Shown piece after piece: positions 30,832 to 40,777 of a stretch of DNA of 64,000 bases. Made by a program: the position numbers and the translations under genes. This stretch comes from Bdellovibrionales bacterium. Lineage in GTDB: Bacteria > Bdellovibrionota > Bdellovibrionia > Bdellovibrionales > CAYMLA01. How positions within the stretch are numbered: position 1 is the first letter of the stretch; every line of letters starts with the position of its first letter. The DNA lies in contig OZ244239.1 in assembly GCA_965217115.1 (NCBI GenBank), forward strand, positions 1,536,001 through 1,600,000. Direction: 5' to 3'. The notes under the pieces were generated by a model. That model was not told where the DNA came from and ran no database searches. It saw nothing but the letters and a program-made list of their open reading frames with translations.

Positions 30832-31371
30832 TTAATACGAATAAACTTTTTTAAAGAAATAGCAATTTGCATAAACGCTAATTGTATGACTTATATCAAG
30901 ACTCTGTCCCACAAAATAATTGTTATATTTTTTTACTGAGAAGACTGTAACTCCATTTGTAGATGCTAAAGAGCCCCATTGTTCCTTGATGGTAAAGGTC
31001 TGATGATCAAGGCTCTTCATATATGCCATCACATTATCCTTAAACTCTGGTAAATTATTGTCATAATAATTCATTGGTAGTTCTGGCCTATTACGAAGAA
31101 ACTTCATGTGATGTGATGTCCTTGGAGGAAGGTTGCCACCATTATTTGGAGCTATATTTATGTGAGATGCTAATAGAACAGATCTTGGCTTGCTTGGCGC
31201 TTTTGCTTTGTAACATCTTCCAGACCACCAACCAAAAATTTCTTCTTCTGTAGGTAGGGTTCCTTGGTCATACATTTCTCCCAGTTCTTCAAAATTAGTG
31301 GGAAACTCTGATGCTGCATGGACATTGCTAAATGCTAGGCATGATAAGATAACAATAGATAAAAACTTCAT
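30832..31371 (-). CDS. Secreted protein, paralog family copy 4
   Basis: Same N- and C-terminal motifs, leader and terminator as copies 1-3. Confidence 0.9.
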   Translation of the reverse strand: MKFLSIVILSCLAFSNVHAASEFPTNFEELGEMYDQGTLPTEEEIFGWWSGRCYKAKAPSKPRSVLLASHINIAPNNGGNLPPRTSHHMKFLRNRPELPMNYYDNNLPEFKDNVMAYMKSLDHQTFTIKEQWGSLASTNGVTVFSVKKYNNYFVGQSLDISHTISVYANCYFFKKVYSY

Positions 31372-31607
31372 TTCAACTCCTTATTTATATTGCCTACTTG
31401 GGCAATGGTTTTGTTACGAGCTTTACCACCCATAAAGTTATTGCACTTTATTTAAAACACAGAGTCTATTTAACAGTTTTTCTATAAATGTCTACAATAA
31501 AGTGTAATAAATTCATGAATTGACTCATAAATAATCACATCGAAAAGGCCTTTCGATAGAACAGTTTTCTTTAATGATATTTCATATTTTAGAGGAAGAA
31601 ATACGAC

Positions 31608-32087
31608 CTATCTCTTCTTTTCACTGGTCACAGAACGCCCCCATAGTCCTTTACGCCATTTCTTTGTATTCATACGAATGTCAAAAATTCGGATTTTTTG
31701 GATTTTACAATATTCTGGTTGTATGGATCTAAGCCATTGAAGCTTACTTGTTGGTTGATTTTTATTCTGAGTATTTATCATTAAAGTAATGTTCTTAAAC
31801 ACTTCGGACGACATAATTTTATCATTCGGGTCACAGTCACCTCTCAAAAATTCAATTGTGATATTAGGTGAAACACCTCTTATTTGGTCTTCAATGAATT
31901 CTAGTGATAAAGGACAGGAGAGTGTTTTTTTAATACCTTTTCTTTTAAACTTTAGAAGTCCGACACCAGTAGAGTCTAACGATATTATACCTGTCCATTG
32001 GTCGTTATTAACCTTGCACTTAACTATTGGTATGTTAGCAAAAGATTTGGTGCAAAATAAAAAAGCTAAAATTGAAATTAGTCTCAC
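31608..32087 (-). CDS. Secreted hypothetical protein coupled to the PAD gene
   Basis: GTGA overlap with the upstream stop; signal peptide; four Cys in the mature part. Confidence 0.75.
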   Translation of the reverse strand: MRLISILAFLFCTKSFANIPIVKCKVNNDQWTGIISLDSTGVGLLKFKRKGIKKTLSCPLSLEFIEDQIRGVSPNITIEFLRGDCDPNDKIMSSEVFKNITLMINTQNKNQPTSKLQWLRSIQPEYCKIQKIRIFDIRMNTKKWRKGLWGRSVTSEKKR

Positions 32088-33616
32088 TTTTTTTCCCTAA
32101 GCTTACAAATGTGAATTGTATGTGTGGCACAATGTAAATTTCCCCTACCCATGTGAGCATAGTCAAATGTATCTACAAAGTCAGGTTTGATACCTCTTTG
32201 TGTGTATTCAGTTGCTATATATTTTTTGAATAAACTATTACCAGGTTCTGGTGTGATAACTGTATTTCCTATAGAAACCGAATTAGTTGGATTTGGTAAA
32301 ATAGAAAGCCCCATTCCTTGAGGGAGCTCATATTTGCTATTTTTTAGATGAACTGGTTCACCTCCAAAGAAGAGATCAGGTACTTCTATAAAATCTGGCT
32401 TACATTGAGGGAGTCTTTCCTGGAGTTTGAGTTTTAGTTTGGATTTAAGGTTGTCCATTTTTTGTTGGATGAGTTCATTATATATTTTAAGACTATCATT
32501 CTCAGATAAAGCTTTTAATACTTGATGATTAGTAATTTCAGAACAATCTATTTGTTTATGCTTTTTCTTATATGAAAGCTGTGCGTGAGCTGAATTTACT
32601 AAAAAATTAATTATCTGAAAATAATATTCTGTAACTCCTTTGGGTTTAATAGGGCTATCTGGTGAATTATATTTATCAGATAGATTAGATATAACTTTAC
32701 ACAATTTTTTTAAACCTCTATGTACTTTGCTGCGAGATATAGCCAGACCTTTGCCCGAGTGAGTTCTATTTTTAGGGAATTCTAAAAAAGATTTAGTAGG
32801 AGCTATTTTTAATAACTCAATTGCTTTTCTAGGGCTGGCTAATGCAATTGAAAAATTACAAGGAGCTTTTAAATTATTATTTTTCACTACTTTCATTATT
32901 TCATCAGTGTGTCCTATAAATAACCAATTAGTAGGGACTTTGATTTTATTTTCAAGGTTGCTTCCACAAAATTGTCTTGTATAGTCACTCCACTCTTGGT
33001 GATTTTTAAAATGATCGTCTCCCAGAAGACAAAAACCTCCAGGAAACCCTTCGATATTCCCCCCCATGTGTCCATTTTTGAGACTTCCAGTTTTTAATGG
33101 AGCCCCTAATTTAAAACCGCATTCTTGAGTTGCTTTAGCAATTTTTTCCAAGAAACCACCAACTCGTGGATACCCTTCAACTGGTCGTAGAACAGGCTGT
33201 CCACTTTGATCCACAAATGCTTCAAAATAATCCTGCTGCCAAGTATAGCTTTGTGCAGGTACTTGTATAAGTTTACTTTTCCACTGTTTTTTTTGTTGAG
33301 GAGAAATATTAAGTGAGTCAATGTGGTTTTTTATCCTAGAAATTGTATTGTCTGATACAGGTAAAACGATTAGAGGAATGTTTTTCGTAGATGAATTCAA
33401 AACTTTTTCGACAAAACTTGGTGTGAAGCTTGGGTCATCGAGGAAGCCTCGGTCAGATACGACGACTGCTGCTGTTGGAAAAATTTCTGGTAGGATAGTG
33501 TTGTCACTAGGGCATTCAGGAAGAGACGTTGAGCGTTTTTTTATCCAATCTGGACATGCGCATATAGCTTGGTGTGAAAATAAGAATATTAACATTAGAA
33601 GAGGTAGTTTTGACAT
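32084..33616 (-). CDS. Secreted protein-arginine deiminase (PAD) family protein
   Basis: WQQDYFE, GGNIEGFP, WLFIGHTDE and GNLHCAT match the PAD catalytic Asp/His/Asp/Cys motifs; signal peptide. Confidence 0.8.
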   Translation of the reverse strand: MSKLPLLMLIFLFSHQAICACPDWIKKRSTSLPECPSDNTILPEIFPTAAVVVSDRGFLDDPSFTPSFVEKVLNSSTKNIPLIVLPVSDNTISRIKNHIDSLNISPQQKKQWKSKLIQVPAQSYTWQQDYFEAFVDQSGQPVLRPVEGYPRVGGFLEKIAKATQECGFKLGAPLKTGSLKNGHMGGNIEGFPGGFCLLGDDHFKNHQEWSDYTRQFCGSNLENKIKVPTNWLFIGHTDEIMKVVKNNNLKAPCNFSIALASPRKAIELLKIAPTKSFLEFPKNRTHSGKGLAISRSKVHRGLKKLCKVISNLSDKYNSPDSPIKPKGVTEYYFQIINFLVNSAHAQLSYKKKHKQIDCSEITNHQVLKALSENDSLKIYNELIQQKMDNLKSKLKLKLQERLPQCKPDFIEVPDLFFGGEPVHLKNSKYELPQGMGLSILPNPTNSVSIGNTVITPEPGNSLFKKYIATEYTQRGIKPDFVDTFDYAHMGRGNLHCATHTIHICKLREKK

Positions 33617-33927
33617 AACTTATTGTATTCTAATTCTAATTCTAATTCTAATCTTGGACTACACGAAAGTCTGTGTGTTTTATGTAAAATATGCTAGATT
33701 TAGGAGCAACATGAATATTTTTATTTCTACACGATTTGGTAGTAATTGAATTTTAATAGTTGTTTATTGTTAAGAAGGTTCTGAGCAATCTGTTCTGCTG
33801 AAAGCCCCTTTTGAGTGTGTAATTTGATAATTTCAGTAGGGCTTTTGTCCAAAGTCACATGCACCAAGTGTCCTCCAATGGGCTATCATGCTATCATTCT
33901 ATCACGATAGCCCATTGGAGGATGATT

Positions 33928-34287
33928 ATGAAAAAGACATTTGTGATATTAATTTTATTTGTTAGTAGTATATCTCAAGCTAACCCCTGTACTAATCTCT
34001 TTAAAGACGTCGGTTTTCTTTTCAAGACTAAAAAAGCAGTACGTGGTGTAGCTCAAGCTGGTAGAGAACTCGATATTATACGTGAGAATATTAAAAATTC
34101 AGATAGTATTTCACGCTTAAGATTCTTATCTGAGTATTTGTTGGATACGACTCAGAAAAGCTCTAGCGATCTGTCTCGAAGCCTTACTGCTATGGCCGCA
34201 GCCATTGAGTCAGGGATAGACCTGAGAAAGTTAAAAGAGAAATGTCGTGATGGTAATGCCTCAGAACTTTTTAATAAGGCAAAGTAA
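33928..34287 (+). CDS. Small secreted hypothetical protein
   Basis: GGAGG SD; MKKTFVILILFVSSISQA signal peptide. Confidence 0.75.
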   Translation: MKKTFVILILFVSSISQANPCTNLFKDVGFLFKTKKAVRGVAQAGRELDIIRENIKNSDSISRLRFLSEYLLDTTQKSSSDLSRSLTAMAAAIESGIDLRKLKEKCRDGNASELFNKAK

Positions 34288-34407
34288 TGGTTTATTTATT
34301 CGATTCGTTTTCATGTTATGGATAAAATAGGTAGATTCTCTAATAGCCAGGAGTTAAGTGTTGTTTCTTGTGATTTGGGTGATATGTCTCAGCCAACAAA
34401 CAAAACT

Positions 34408-34487
34408 CTAGATAAATGATTAATCCTCAGCCGACGAAGCTGAGAGATGGTGAAAAAAGGCGACCTTGGGGTCGCCTTCACTGAGCT
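34408..34487 (+). repeat. Dispersed 3' element, hairpin part (copy A)
   Basis: CTAGATAAAT..CTCAGC-CGACGAA-GCTGAG..AAGGCGACC-TTGG-GGTCGCCTT. Confidence 0.85.
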
Positions 34488-34523
34488 TGTGTGTAAGGTT
34501 TAGTTAATTAAAAACCTAGTTTT

Positions 34524-34874
34524 TTATTTTTGCGGAGAAGGCTGAAAAGCACATGAGTAATAGTATTCAAGCCCATCTTCTGAAACAAATTCTTTTAGAG
34601 TCACATTAAAAACTATTTTTCCTACACGCTGAACTTCAAAACCAGAATCTTTTTGTTTGGAAACGTAGTAGGTATATCCATAGCCCCGACGGCCACTCCA
34701 TTTAGTGGTAGAGCTTATCCAATTTCCAGGCTTTAAAGATTCGACCATTTCTTTCTGACAAAAACGAGACAGATTCGAAAGGGCGTAATTTGCCTCCTGA
34801 CCTAGAACTTCCACACTACTAGCAAATGCGGAAAAGGGAGAGAGAAGCATGCAACTGATAATAAGATTTTTCAT
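34524..34874 (-). CDS. Small secreted hypothetical protein
   Basis: MKNLIISCMLLSPFSAFA signal peptide; preceded by the shared leader. Confidence 0.8.
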   Translation of the reverse strand: MKNLIISCMLLSPFSAFASSVEVLGQEANYALSNLSRFCQKEMVESLKPGNWISSTTKWSGRRGYGYTYYVSKQKDSGFEVQRVGKIVFNVTLKEFVSEDGLEYYYSCAFQPSPQK

Positions 34875-35026
34875 ATTTTCTTCCTATTTGTTGTATTACT
34901 CATTTGAGTAAGAGTTTTATTATAAGATTCTGCTCATAATATTTAGCGTACCATTTAAGACACAGGGTCGAATTAACAGAATCTCTATTAAGTGTCTATA
35001 ATTTATTGCTAGGAGGGTCATTTTTA
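34875..35026 (-). promoter_or_regulatory. Shared 5' leader module
   Basis: TTACTCATTTGAGTAA palindrome; colinear with 25747-25880 and 41123-41275. Confidence 0.7.
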
Positions 35027-35382
35027 TAGCGTATAGAGTTTAAAATTGTAATAAATTCACTAATCTCCAAATAGCTAAAACATCCTCTTTTCCATATGGG
35101 ACTACTGGCGCAATAGACCGCCTGAACCCAACCCAACTTTTCTCTTTTTCGATGACCAGAATGGTGAGACAATAAGTTCCCCTCAGACTGCAAGTAGTTC
35201 AAATCTATTCTATTGATGGTGTTCTTATCCAGAGCAAAATAGTTAGAGTCTGCCGTAACCAGAAGATTTAAAATACACTTTGCAGGAAAACTATCGGTCA
35301 AATTTTCTTAGTTCTGGTAAGCTAGTTATTTATTTAAACCTATGTTTAAATCTAGGAATATTTTGATCCTTAAATGATCGAG

Positions 35383-36234
35383 TTACATCTCAAACTCTAG
35401 AGGTTTGTCAGGGTTGAACCAACATCTCGGTCGAGCAGACTCAATATGGTTTTTTTTCTGAGAGCACACACCATCTTCAATATTTTGGAAGCTGACCTTT
35501 TCAGAAGGAGGAATCGTACATAACGCCGCTGCGACAATCGTATCAAAACGACACTGTGCCGCAGGGTGAAGAGGATAGGTTTTTTCTGGAGTGAGTTTTG
35601 AAGGAGTGGTTATATTGACGTAGAATCTTACTTTATTAGAAAGAAGGCGTATAGCTTCTGAAAAACTTCTCCCTGCAAAAATAGTCCTTCGACATAAAGC
35701 CACATCTTTTCGCGTTTTCCAATGGGTTTGACACTTTTTTAAAGAAATAGGGATAATATCTTTTAAAAAATAATTTTCCGAATTTTTCTTTACGAAGTCT
35801 TTGACAAATTGAACATTGTTTTCGCCCTTGTAAAAAGTTCGGAAACATTTGGATGCAGCCCAATAGTCTGCTTGCCCCTCTATGGACAGATTCGACCTCA
35901 GAAGAACAAAGTTCCCAAAGAGAGGTCCTCCTCCTGCAAGATGTCCCATCTCATGACAAACCAAGAGTACAAAAGCATCTTCGGTCAAATTTCTACTTCT
36001 AAGCAGACCTCCCGAAATGTACAGATAATATGAATCCCCTTCATCTCTAGCCAGAGCATCTAAAGAATCACTCTTCCAATCTCTTGTAACTCCAAGAGGT
36101 TTTCTCAGGTTATCTCCGTAGAGATTAAGTATTTTAGAGGTGATTGAGTAAAACTTTTCTGCAACTGGATCTTTACATTGCCCTTGAATTGGCAATAGTC
36201 CAAAAAATAAAAAAAATAAAATTGCCTCTTTCAT
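35383..36234 (-). CDS. Secreted HExxH metallopeptidase-like protein
   Basis: VCHEMGHLAGG, EGQADY, HPAAQCRFDT and RPRCWF; paralog of the N-domain of 53952-55562. Confidence 0.8.
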   Translation of the reverse strand: MKEAILFFLFFGLLPIQGQCKDPVAEKFYSITSKILNLYGDNLRKPLGVTRDWKSDSLDALARDEGDSYYLYISGGLLRSRNLTEDAFVLLVCHEMGHLAGGGPLFGNFVLLRSNLSIEGQADYWAASKCFRTFYKGENNVQFVKDFVKKNSENYFLKDIIPISLKKCQTHWKTRKDVALCRRTIFAGRSFSEAIRLLSNKVRFYVNITTPSKLTPEKTYPLHPAAQCRFDTIVAAALCTIPPSEKVSFQNIEDGVCSQKKNHIESARPRCWFNPDKPLEFEM

Positions 36235-36256
36235 GCCCTCTCCTTATTGTAATTGC

Positions 36257-36420
36257 TATTATAGACGACTCCGTCCTCAGCGAGGGAGAAATCAGCCCAT
36301 GATGTAAAATTTCCCGATTTTCAAGGGTGACCTTTAAAAAGCGAGTTTTAATCAGCGCAAAGAAGAAGACTTCTCTGCAGTGGCCTCATCATCTCCTGGC
36401 TTTGTCGGCGAGGGCTTATT
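36257..36420 (-). repeat. Dispersed 3' element, near-full copy (J), overlapping a CDS end
   Basis: Colinear with the reverse complement of 39430-39595. Confidence 0.85.
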
Positions 36421-37026
36421 ATATTGATGTAAGAATATATATATTCTACCGCTAGCATCATAAGCAGCTTCTACGACGTAATGTATAAAATGAGAAAGCT
36501 TTTCGCCATACTCTTCACAACTAGACGATTTTTCACCCATTTTTTCGAACACTTTTAGCGCTATCCCAAATGTGTTTTTAGATAGAATTCCACCTATGTG
36601 AGTAACTTTTTCTCCGACGTCTTTAGAAAGTTTTTCCTGACACTCAAGAGCTTCTTCCGGAGTCAGAGAAAAGCTAAGAGTCGATTTTGCAGTGGCCTCA
36701 TCTTCTAGCTTTGTCGGCGAGGGGTTATATTTATTTAAGAATATATATATTCTACTGCTAGCCCCATAAGCAGCTTCTACGACGTAATTTATAAAAAAAG
36801 AAAGATGTTCGCTATACTCTTCACAACTAGACGATTCTTCCCCCATTTTTTCGACCACTATTAGCGCTTTCTCAAATGTGTTTTTAGAGAGAATTTCACC
36901 TATGTGATTCTTTTTTTCTTTGATTTTTTCAGGAAGTTTTTTCTGACATTCAAGAGATTCTTCCGGAGTCAGAGAAAAGCTAAGAGTCGATGTAAGCATA
37001 ATAGCTATAACTAAAACCTTTTTCAT
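36352..37026 (-). CDS. Secreted protein made of two tandem ~100-aa repeats
   Basis: STLSFSLTPEE..YVVEAAY..PSPTK..EATA occurs twice; signal peptide. Confidence 0.85.
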   Translation of the reverse strand: MKKVLVIAIMLTSTLSFSLTPEESLECQKKLPEKIKEKKNHIGEILSKNTFEKALIVVEKMGEESSSCEEYSEHLSFFINYVVEAAYGASSRIYIFLNKYNPSPTKLEDEATAKSTLSFSLTPEEALECQEKLSKDVGEKVTHIGGILSKNTFGIALKVFEKMGEKSSSCEEYGEKLSHFIHYVVEAAYDASGRIYIFLHQYNKPSPTKPGDDEATAEKSSSLR

Positions 37027-37214
37027 TTCTTTTCTCCTTTATTTGTATAGATGCTTGAAATTCACCTATTTAATTTCTGCTTAGTAACCAAATCGTTTAT
37101 TTATTCGATTCGTTTATACTTCCAGTGCGATTATACATAAATTAGAGAGGAAATACTTGAGAATAGGAGTATAGTGTAATTTTTTCCTACTTTTGAGGGA
37201 CAATCTACGCAAGG

Positions 37215-37473
37215 AAAGGGCGACTATCGAGTCGCCTTTTTCTTTGTGTTCGAGAAAGCTTGCTTTTAAAGGCAACCCCTAAAAACTAAAAAACTTTACA
37301 TCATGGCCTAACTTTCTCCTCGCTGGGGCTAAAATCGGCTATAATCGCTCAGGAATTCAAAACGAATCGAATGAATAAGCCATTCCTCAAAAAATATATT
37401 TTTAAGTAAAAAAAGCCATCTCAGTTACAAATAGCTTCAAGATGGGTTATAAATGGCTCGATACTAAAAATTA
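37215..37473 (+). repeat. ~260-bp direct repeat of 39464-39723 (element copy B plus a duplicated 3' end of the App1-like gene)
   Basis: Shared GGCGAC..GTCGCC hairpin through TCAGTTACAAATAG..GGCTCGATA. Confidence 0.9.
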
Positions 37474-37478
37474 AGTCA

Positions 37479-38354
37479 TTAGCCTCTTGACCAGAATATT
37501 AAATACCTCATTAGTTCGCTTTTGAAGTATTCTAGGGCTTCGTTGTTCCTCGTATCCATAAAACACAAGTCAATATAGTGTTTGTCAAAATGGTTGTTCT
37601 TTATGTTCGGATGGTGAAAAGCGGTTAATTTACCTTTTAGAACACCATCTCGGGCAACTTTATGTGGGAGCAGCCCTATACCCATAGATTCTTCTGTTAA
37701 GGCCTTAACAGTTTCAATATTGTCACAACAGATAGATTCAATAAAATGAAACTTTTCAAGAGAGTTTGCGACGTCATTGAGAGAGAAATCAAAATATATA
37801 AGCCTATTTTGAAAACCAGAGTGTTTCAACGGTGATACATAAAGACCAAAAAAGTCTTCGTACACTGATTCATGTTTTATTCCCCGAAAAGAAGAAGCAT
37901 TAACAATGAGACCCAATTGAATTTGACTGTTTTTAAGGTCTTTGACGAGATCACGACTTTTCCCTGTCTTAATGAAAATTTTAAGATCTGGTTGAATTTG
38001 CTTAAAAAACCTTAAAAATTCGGGAAAAAAATAACGAGCAATACTATCATAAGCTCCAATCGTTATCTTTTCGTTGAAAAGACAGCTTTGAGCTTTCATT
38101 TTTAGTTCCAACTCCGAAGCGGTTTTTAAGGTAATTTGAGCATATTGATAGAGCATTTCTCCTTCTCTGGTCATTTGAATACCACTTTTTGATCTTACAA
38201 GAAGCCTGGAGCCAATAGTTTCTTCAAGCTGAAGAATCACCTTTGACATCTGCGCTTGACTCAACAGAGCCTTTAGAGCCCCTCCCTTAATAGTCCCAGC
38301 CTCAATAACCTTAGAGTAATAATCTAATTTATGCAGTTGATCTTTTAGTCTCAT
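37479..38354 (-). CDS. LysR-family transcriptional regulator
   Basis: LSQAQMSKVILQLEETIGSRLLVRSKSGIQMTREG HTH region; 291 aa. Confidence 0.92.
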   Translation of the reverse strand: MRLKDQLHKLDYYSKVIEAGTIKGGALKALLSQAQMSKVILQLEETIGSRLLVRSKSGIQMTREGEMLYQYAQITLKTASELELKMKAQSCLFNEKITIGAYDSIARYFFPEFLRFFKQIQPDLKIFIKTGKSRDLVKDLKNSQIQLGLIVNASSFRGIKHESVYEDFFGLYVSPLKHSGFQNRLIYFDFSLNDVANSLEKFHFIESICCDNIETVKALTEESMGIGLLPHKVARDGVLKGKLTAFHHPNIKNNHFDKHYIDLCFMDTRNNEALEYFKSELMRYLIFWSRG

Positions 38355-38503
38355 TTTCCACCTATTCCAAAAACGAATACACCTATATACATTTAATGCT
38401 TTATTATTGCAAGAAAATACTGCACAACAATCAAATTGAGTCTCTGGAAAAATAGGAACTGGAGGCTTATTAAGGAAACCTAAACTAAAACGAGGAGAAG
38501 AAA

Positions 38504-39400
38504 ATGTTTAAGTATTTAGCAATTATTTTTTTTAGCGTATTACAGGCTCAAGCTGGAACAGTTAATCTAACACTTGAGTTATCAGGCCTTGGTTCAATGC
38601 AAGGACAGCATTATGAAGGGTGGAATATTGTAGCCGGTCAAGCAAAGTCCACAGGGAGATTTTCTATTAATGACAACGGGAACATCTATAGTGTTGATTC
38701 AATGGGCAGAGAACTCAGAAGACTAGGTACAAATAACACTGCAACTTTTATAGTCGATAGTTCTCAGAAGAGTTCAACTCTCTTTGTTTTAACAATTGAA
38801 CCTAATGGTGATGACGACACAGGGCCGAGCAGTGTTCATGTTATGGGTGGAGAGTACTCTTCTGGTGCTGCTACTCTAACGACGTCCCATAAATCAAGTC
38901 TTAAAGTTGACTTCACTTCTGTAACAGGAAGCTTCATTATGGCAGCTCCAACAGGAGGAGAATTTAATCAAGGAGTATGGTTTGTTGATCCTAGTGAGGG
39001 AATTGGGTCTCTAAGTATCCCAACTCTTGCAACTGGATGGGCTTATGAAGGATGGATTGTGAATACCAGTAACGGAAAGAAAATTTCTACGGGGATATTT
39101 TTTGATGCTAATGGAGCTGATTCCGATGCTGCGGGCTATTTAGCTGGCCCTTTGAAACTTTCTTTTCCATCAGTCCCTGGACAAGATATTGTGGAAAGCC
39201 CTGTAACACTCGATGATGGTAAGCATGCCATTGTCGTCTCGGTCGAGCCTTATCCAGATTTTGATCCAGCACCTTATGACATTAAGATTTTTAAGTCTGA
39301 TATTTCTCCAACGGATCCTGGAATGACTCCACTTGAGCTTAATAGAATTAATGTCGTTCCTACAGGCTTGGCGCATATACGAAAGACAATGGAAATTTAA
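38504..39400 (+). CDS. Secreted protein with duplicated YEGW/STG.F/(T,S)(I,V)EP domain (RskA-like 'anti-sigma' family)
   Basis: HYEGW..STGRF..LTIEP and AYEGW..STGIF..VSVEP; signal peptide; divergent from the LysR gene. Confidence 0.65.
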   Translation: MFKYLAIIFFSVLQAQAGTVNLTLELSGLGSMQGQHYEGWNIVAGQAKSTGRFSINDNGNIYSVDSMGRELRRLGTNNTATFIVDSSQKSSTLFVLTIEPNGDDDTGPSSVHVMGGEYSSGAATLTTSHKSSLKVDFTSVTGSFIMAAPTGGEFNQGVWFVDPSEGIGSLSIPTLATGWAYEGWIVNTSNGKKISTGIFFDANGADSDAAGYLAGPLKLSFPSVPGQDIVESPVTLDDGKHAIVVSVEPYPDFDPAPYDIKIFKSDISPTDPGMTPLELNRINVVPTGLAHIRKTMEI

Positions 39401-39418
39401 TGATAAGAAAAACGCCCA

Positions 39419-39633
39419 CTAGGTAAATAGTCATCCCTCAGCCGACAAGGCTAGGAGATGATGAAAAGGCGACCATCGAGTCGCCTTTTTCTTTGGGTTC
39501 GAGAAAGCTTGCTTTTAAAGATAAGCCCTAAAAACTAGAAAACTTTACATCATGGCCTAATTTTTCCCTCGCTGGGACTGAAATCGCCTATAATCGCTCA
39601 GGAATTCAAAATGAATCGAAGAAATAAACCATT
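39419..39633 (+). repeat. Dispersed 3' element, most complete copy (C)
   Basis: CTAGGTAAAT..CAGCCGACAAGGCTAGGAGA..hairpin..CTATAATCGCTCAGGAATTC..AATAAACCATT. Confidence 0.9.
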
Positions 39634-39671
39634 CCTAAAAAAACACCACGCAGACTAAAAAAACCTCTATC

Positions 39672-40544
39672 TCAGTTACAAATAGTTTCAAGATGGGTTA
39701 TAAATGGCTCGATATTAAAATTTAAAATGTTATTGGTCTTATCCTTAAAAGGCCACTTGTTTCCATAGCAGTTCATATATGGATGAAAGAAGTAACCTCC
39801 ATACTCTTCAGAAGAGGTTTCCAAAAACACATCTTTAATTATTTTTAAAATAAACTCCTCAGAACAGACATCTAAATTATATATAGCTAAGGCTATGCAG
39901 ATCTCAACTGGTGTAACAAAATTTACTTGATGAGGCATGAGGTTATCATCAAAGGCTACCGGGTATGTTGTCCTAATAAATTGTAGAATAGTTATTCTAT
40001 GACCATACTCTTGATAAATTTTATCATAAACGTAACTATCCATTTCCCCATTATCACCAATAAGGATTAATCTTTTGGGACTCTTCTTTTCAATGAGCTT
40101 TCGAATTGTTTTTAACTTATGAGTATTCTTACTTTCTGTTTCTCTAAAATATATCTCTCCTTTTGGAAAGTTATTATATTGTATAAAATCTTTATGATGG
40201 CCTTCCATCAGCCATTTAGGTGCATTTGTTAAGTAGACTATTTCTATATTATTATGATGTTGATGATTAACAAGTTGGTCATAAAGTCCGTTCATCCCAG
40301 ATATAAGATTCTCTTCTCTGTGAAAATACCGAATTTTTCCTATAAGGCTTCGAACATGGGAAGCCTTAATTGTATCATCAATATCTGAAATCAGAAGCGT
40401 CTTGTCAATGTCATTAGAATCGGCACGGGAATACACGCTACAAAATAAAATAAAGATCAATGCAAGTTTTCTGCATATTTTACTTGAGTCATAAGTGTTA
40501 ATGTTTTTCATTTGCTTTATCCAATTCGCGAATAACACGACCAA
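39672..40544 (-). CDS. App1-like (DUF2183) HAD phosphatase
   Basis: ISDIDDTIK, YLTNAP, NFPKG and LIGDNGEMD; start probably at MKNIN. Confidence 0.8.
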   Translation of the reverse strand: MVVLFANWIKQMKNINTYDSSKICRKLALIFILFCSVYSRADSNDIDKTLLISDIDDTIKASHVRSLIGKIRYFHREENLISGMNGLYDQLVNHQHHNNIEIVYLTNAPKWLMEGHHKDFIQYNNFPKGEIYFRETESKNTHKLKTIRKLIEKKSPKRLILIGDNGEMDSYVYDKIYQEYGHRITILQFIRTTYPVAFDDNLMPHQVNFVTPVEICIALAIYNLDVCSEEFILKIIKDVFLETSSEEYGGYFFHPYMNCYGNKWPFKDKTNNILNFNIEPFITHLETICN

Positions 40545-40777
40545 CTATTTTTTTTGCATCTCTCAATCTTCTAACAGATTTTTTAAAATACTGAGGACAG
40601 TCTTTAAGATAAGGCTTCCAATCAGGGTCACAAAATGTTTTTAACTGAGTTACAGAACATTTATAATTAATCAAATTAAAATAAATCTCACTTGCATTCG
40701 TCAATTTTCCTACAGCGGCATCTACAGCATATAAATGACCGCTCAATACTCCAACACTTAGGCAGAATTCTTTTTAC

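Noticed and set aside
24497..31371. Diversity-generating retroelement acting on the paralogs
   Set aside because: No reverse transcriptase in the window; differences include indels and non-adenine changes over the whole core; every copy is a full gene
34996..35301. 101-aa ORF, and similar weak ORFs at 23240-23452, 40498-40746, 48915-49109 and 53471-53734
   Set aside because: Poor starts, no recognisable motifs, or overlap with non-coding modules; at most gene remnants
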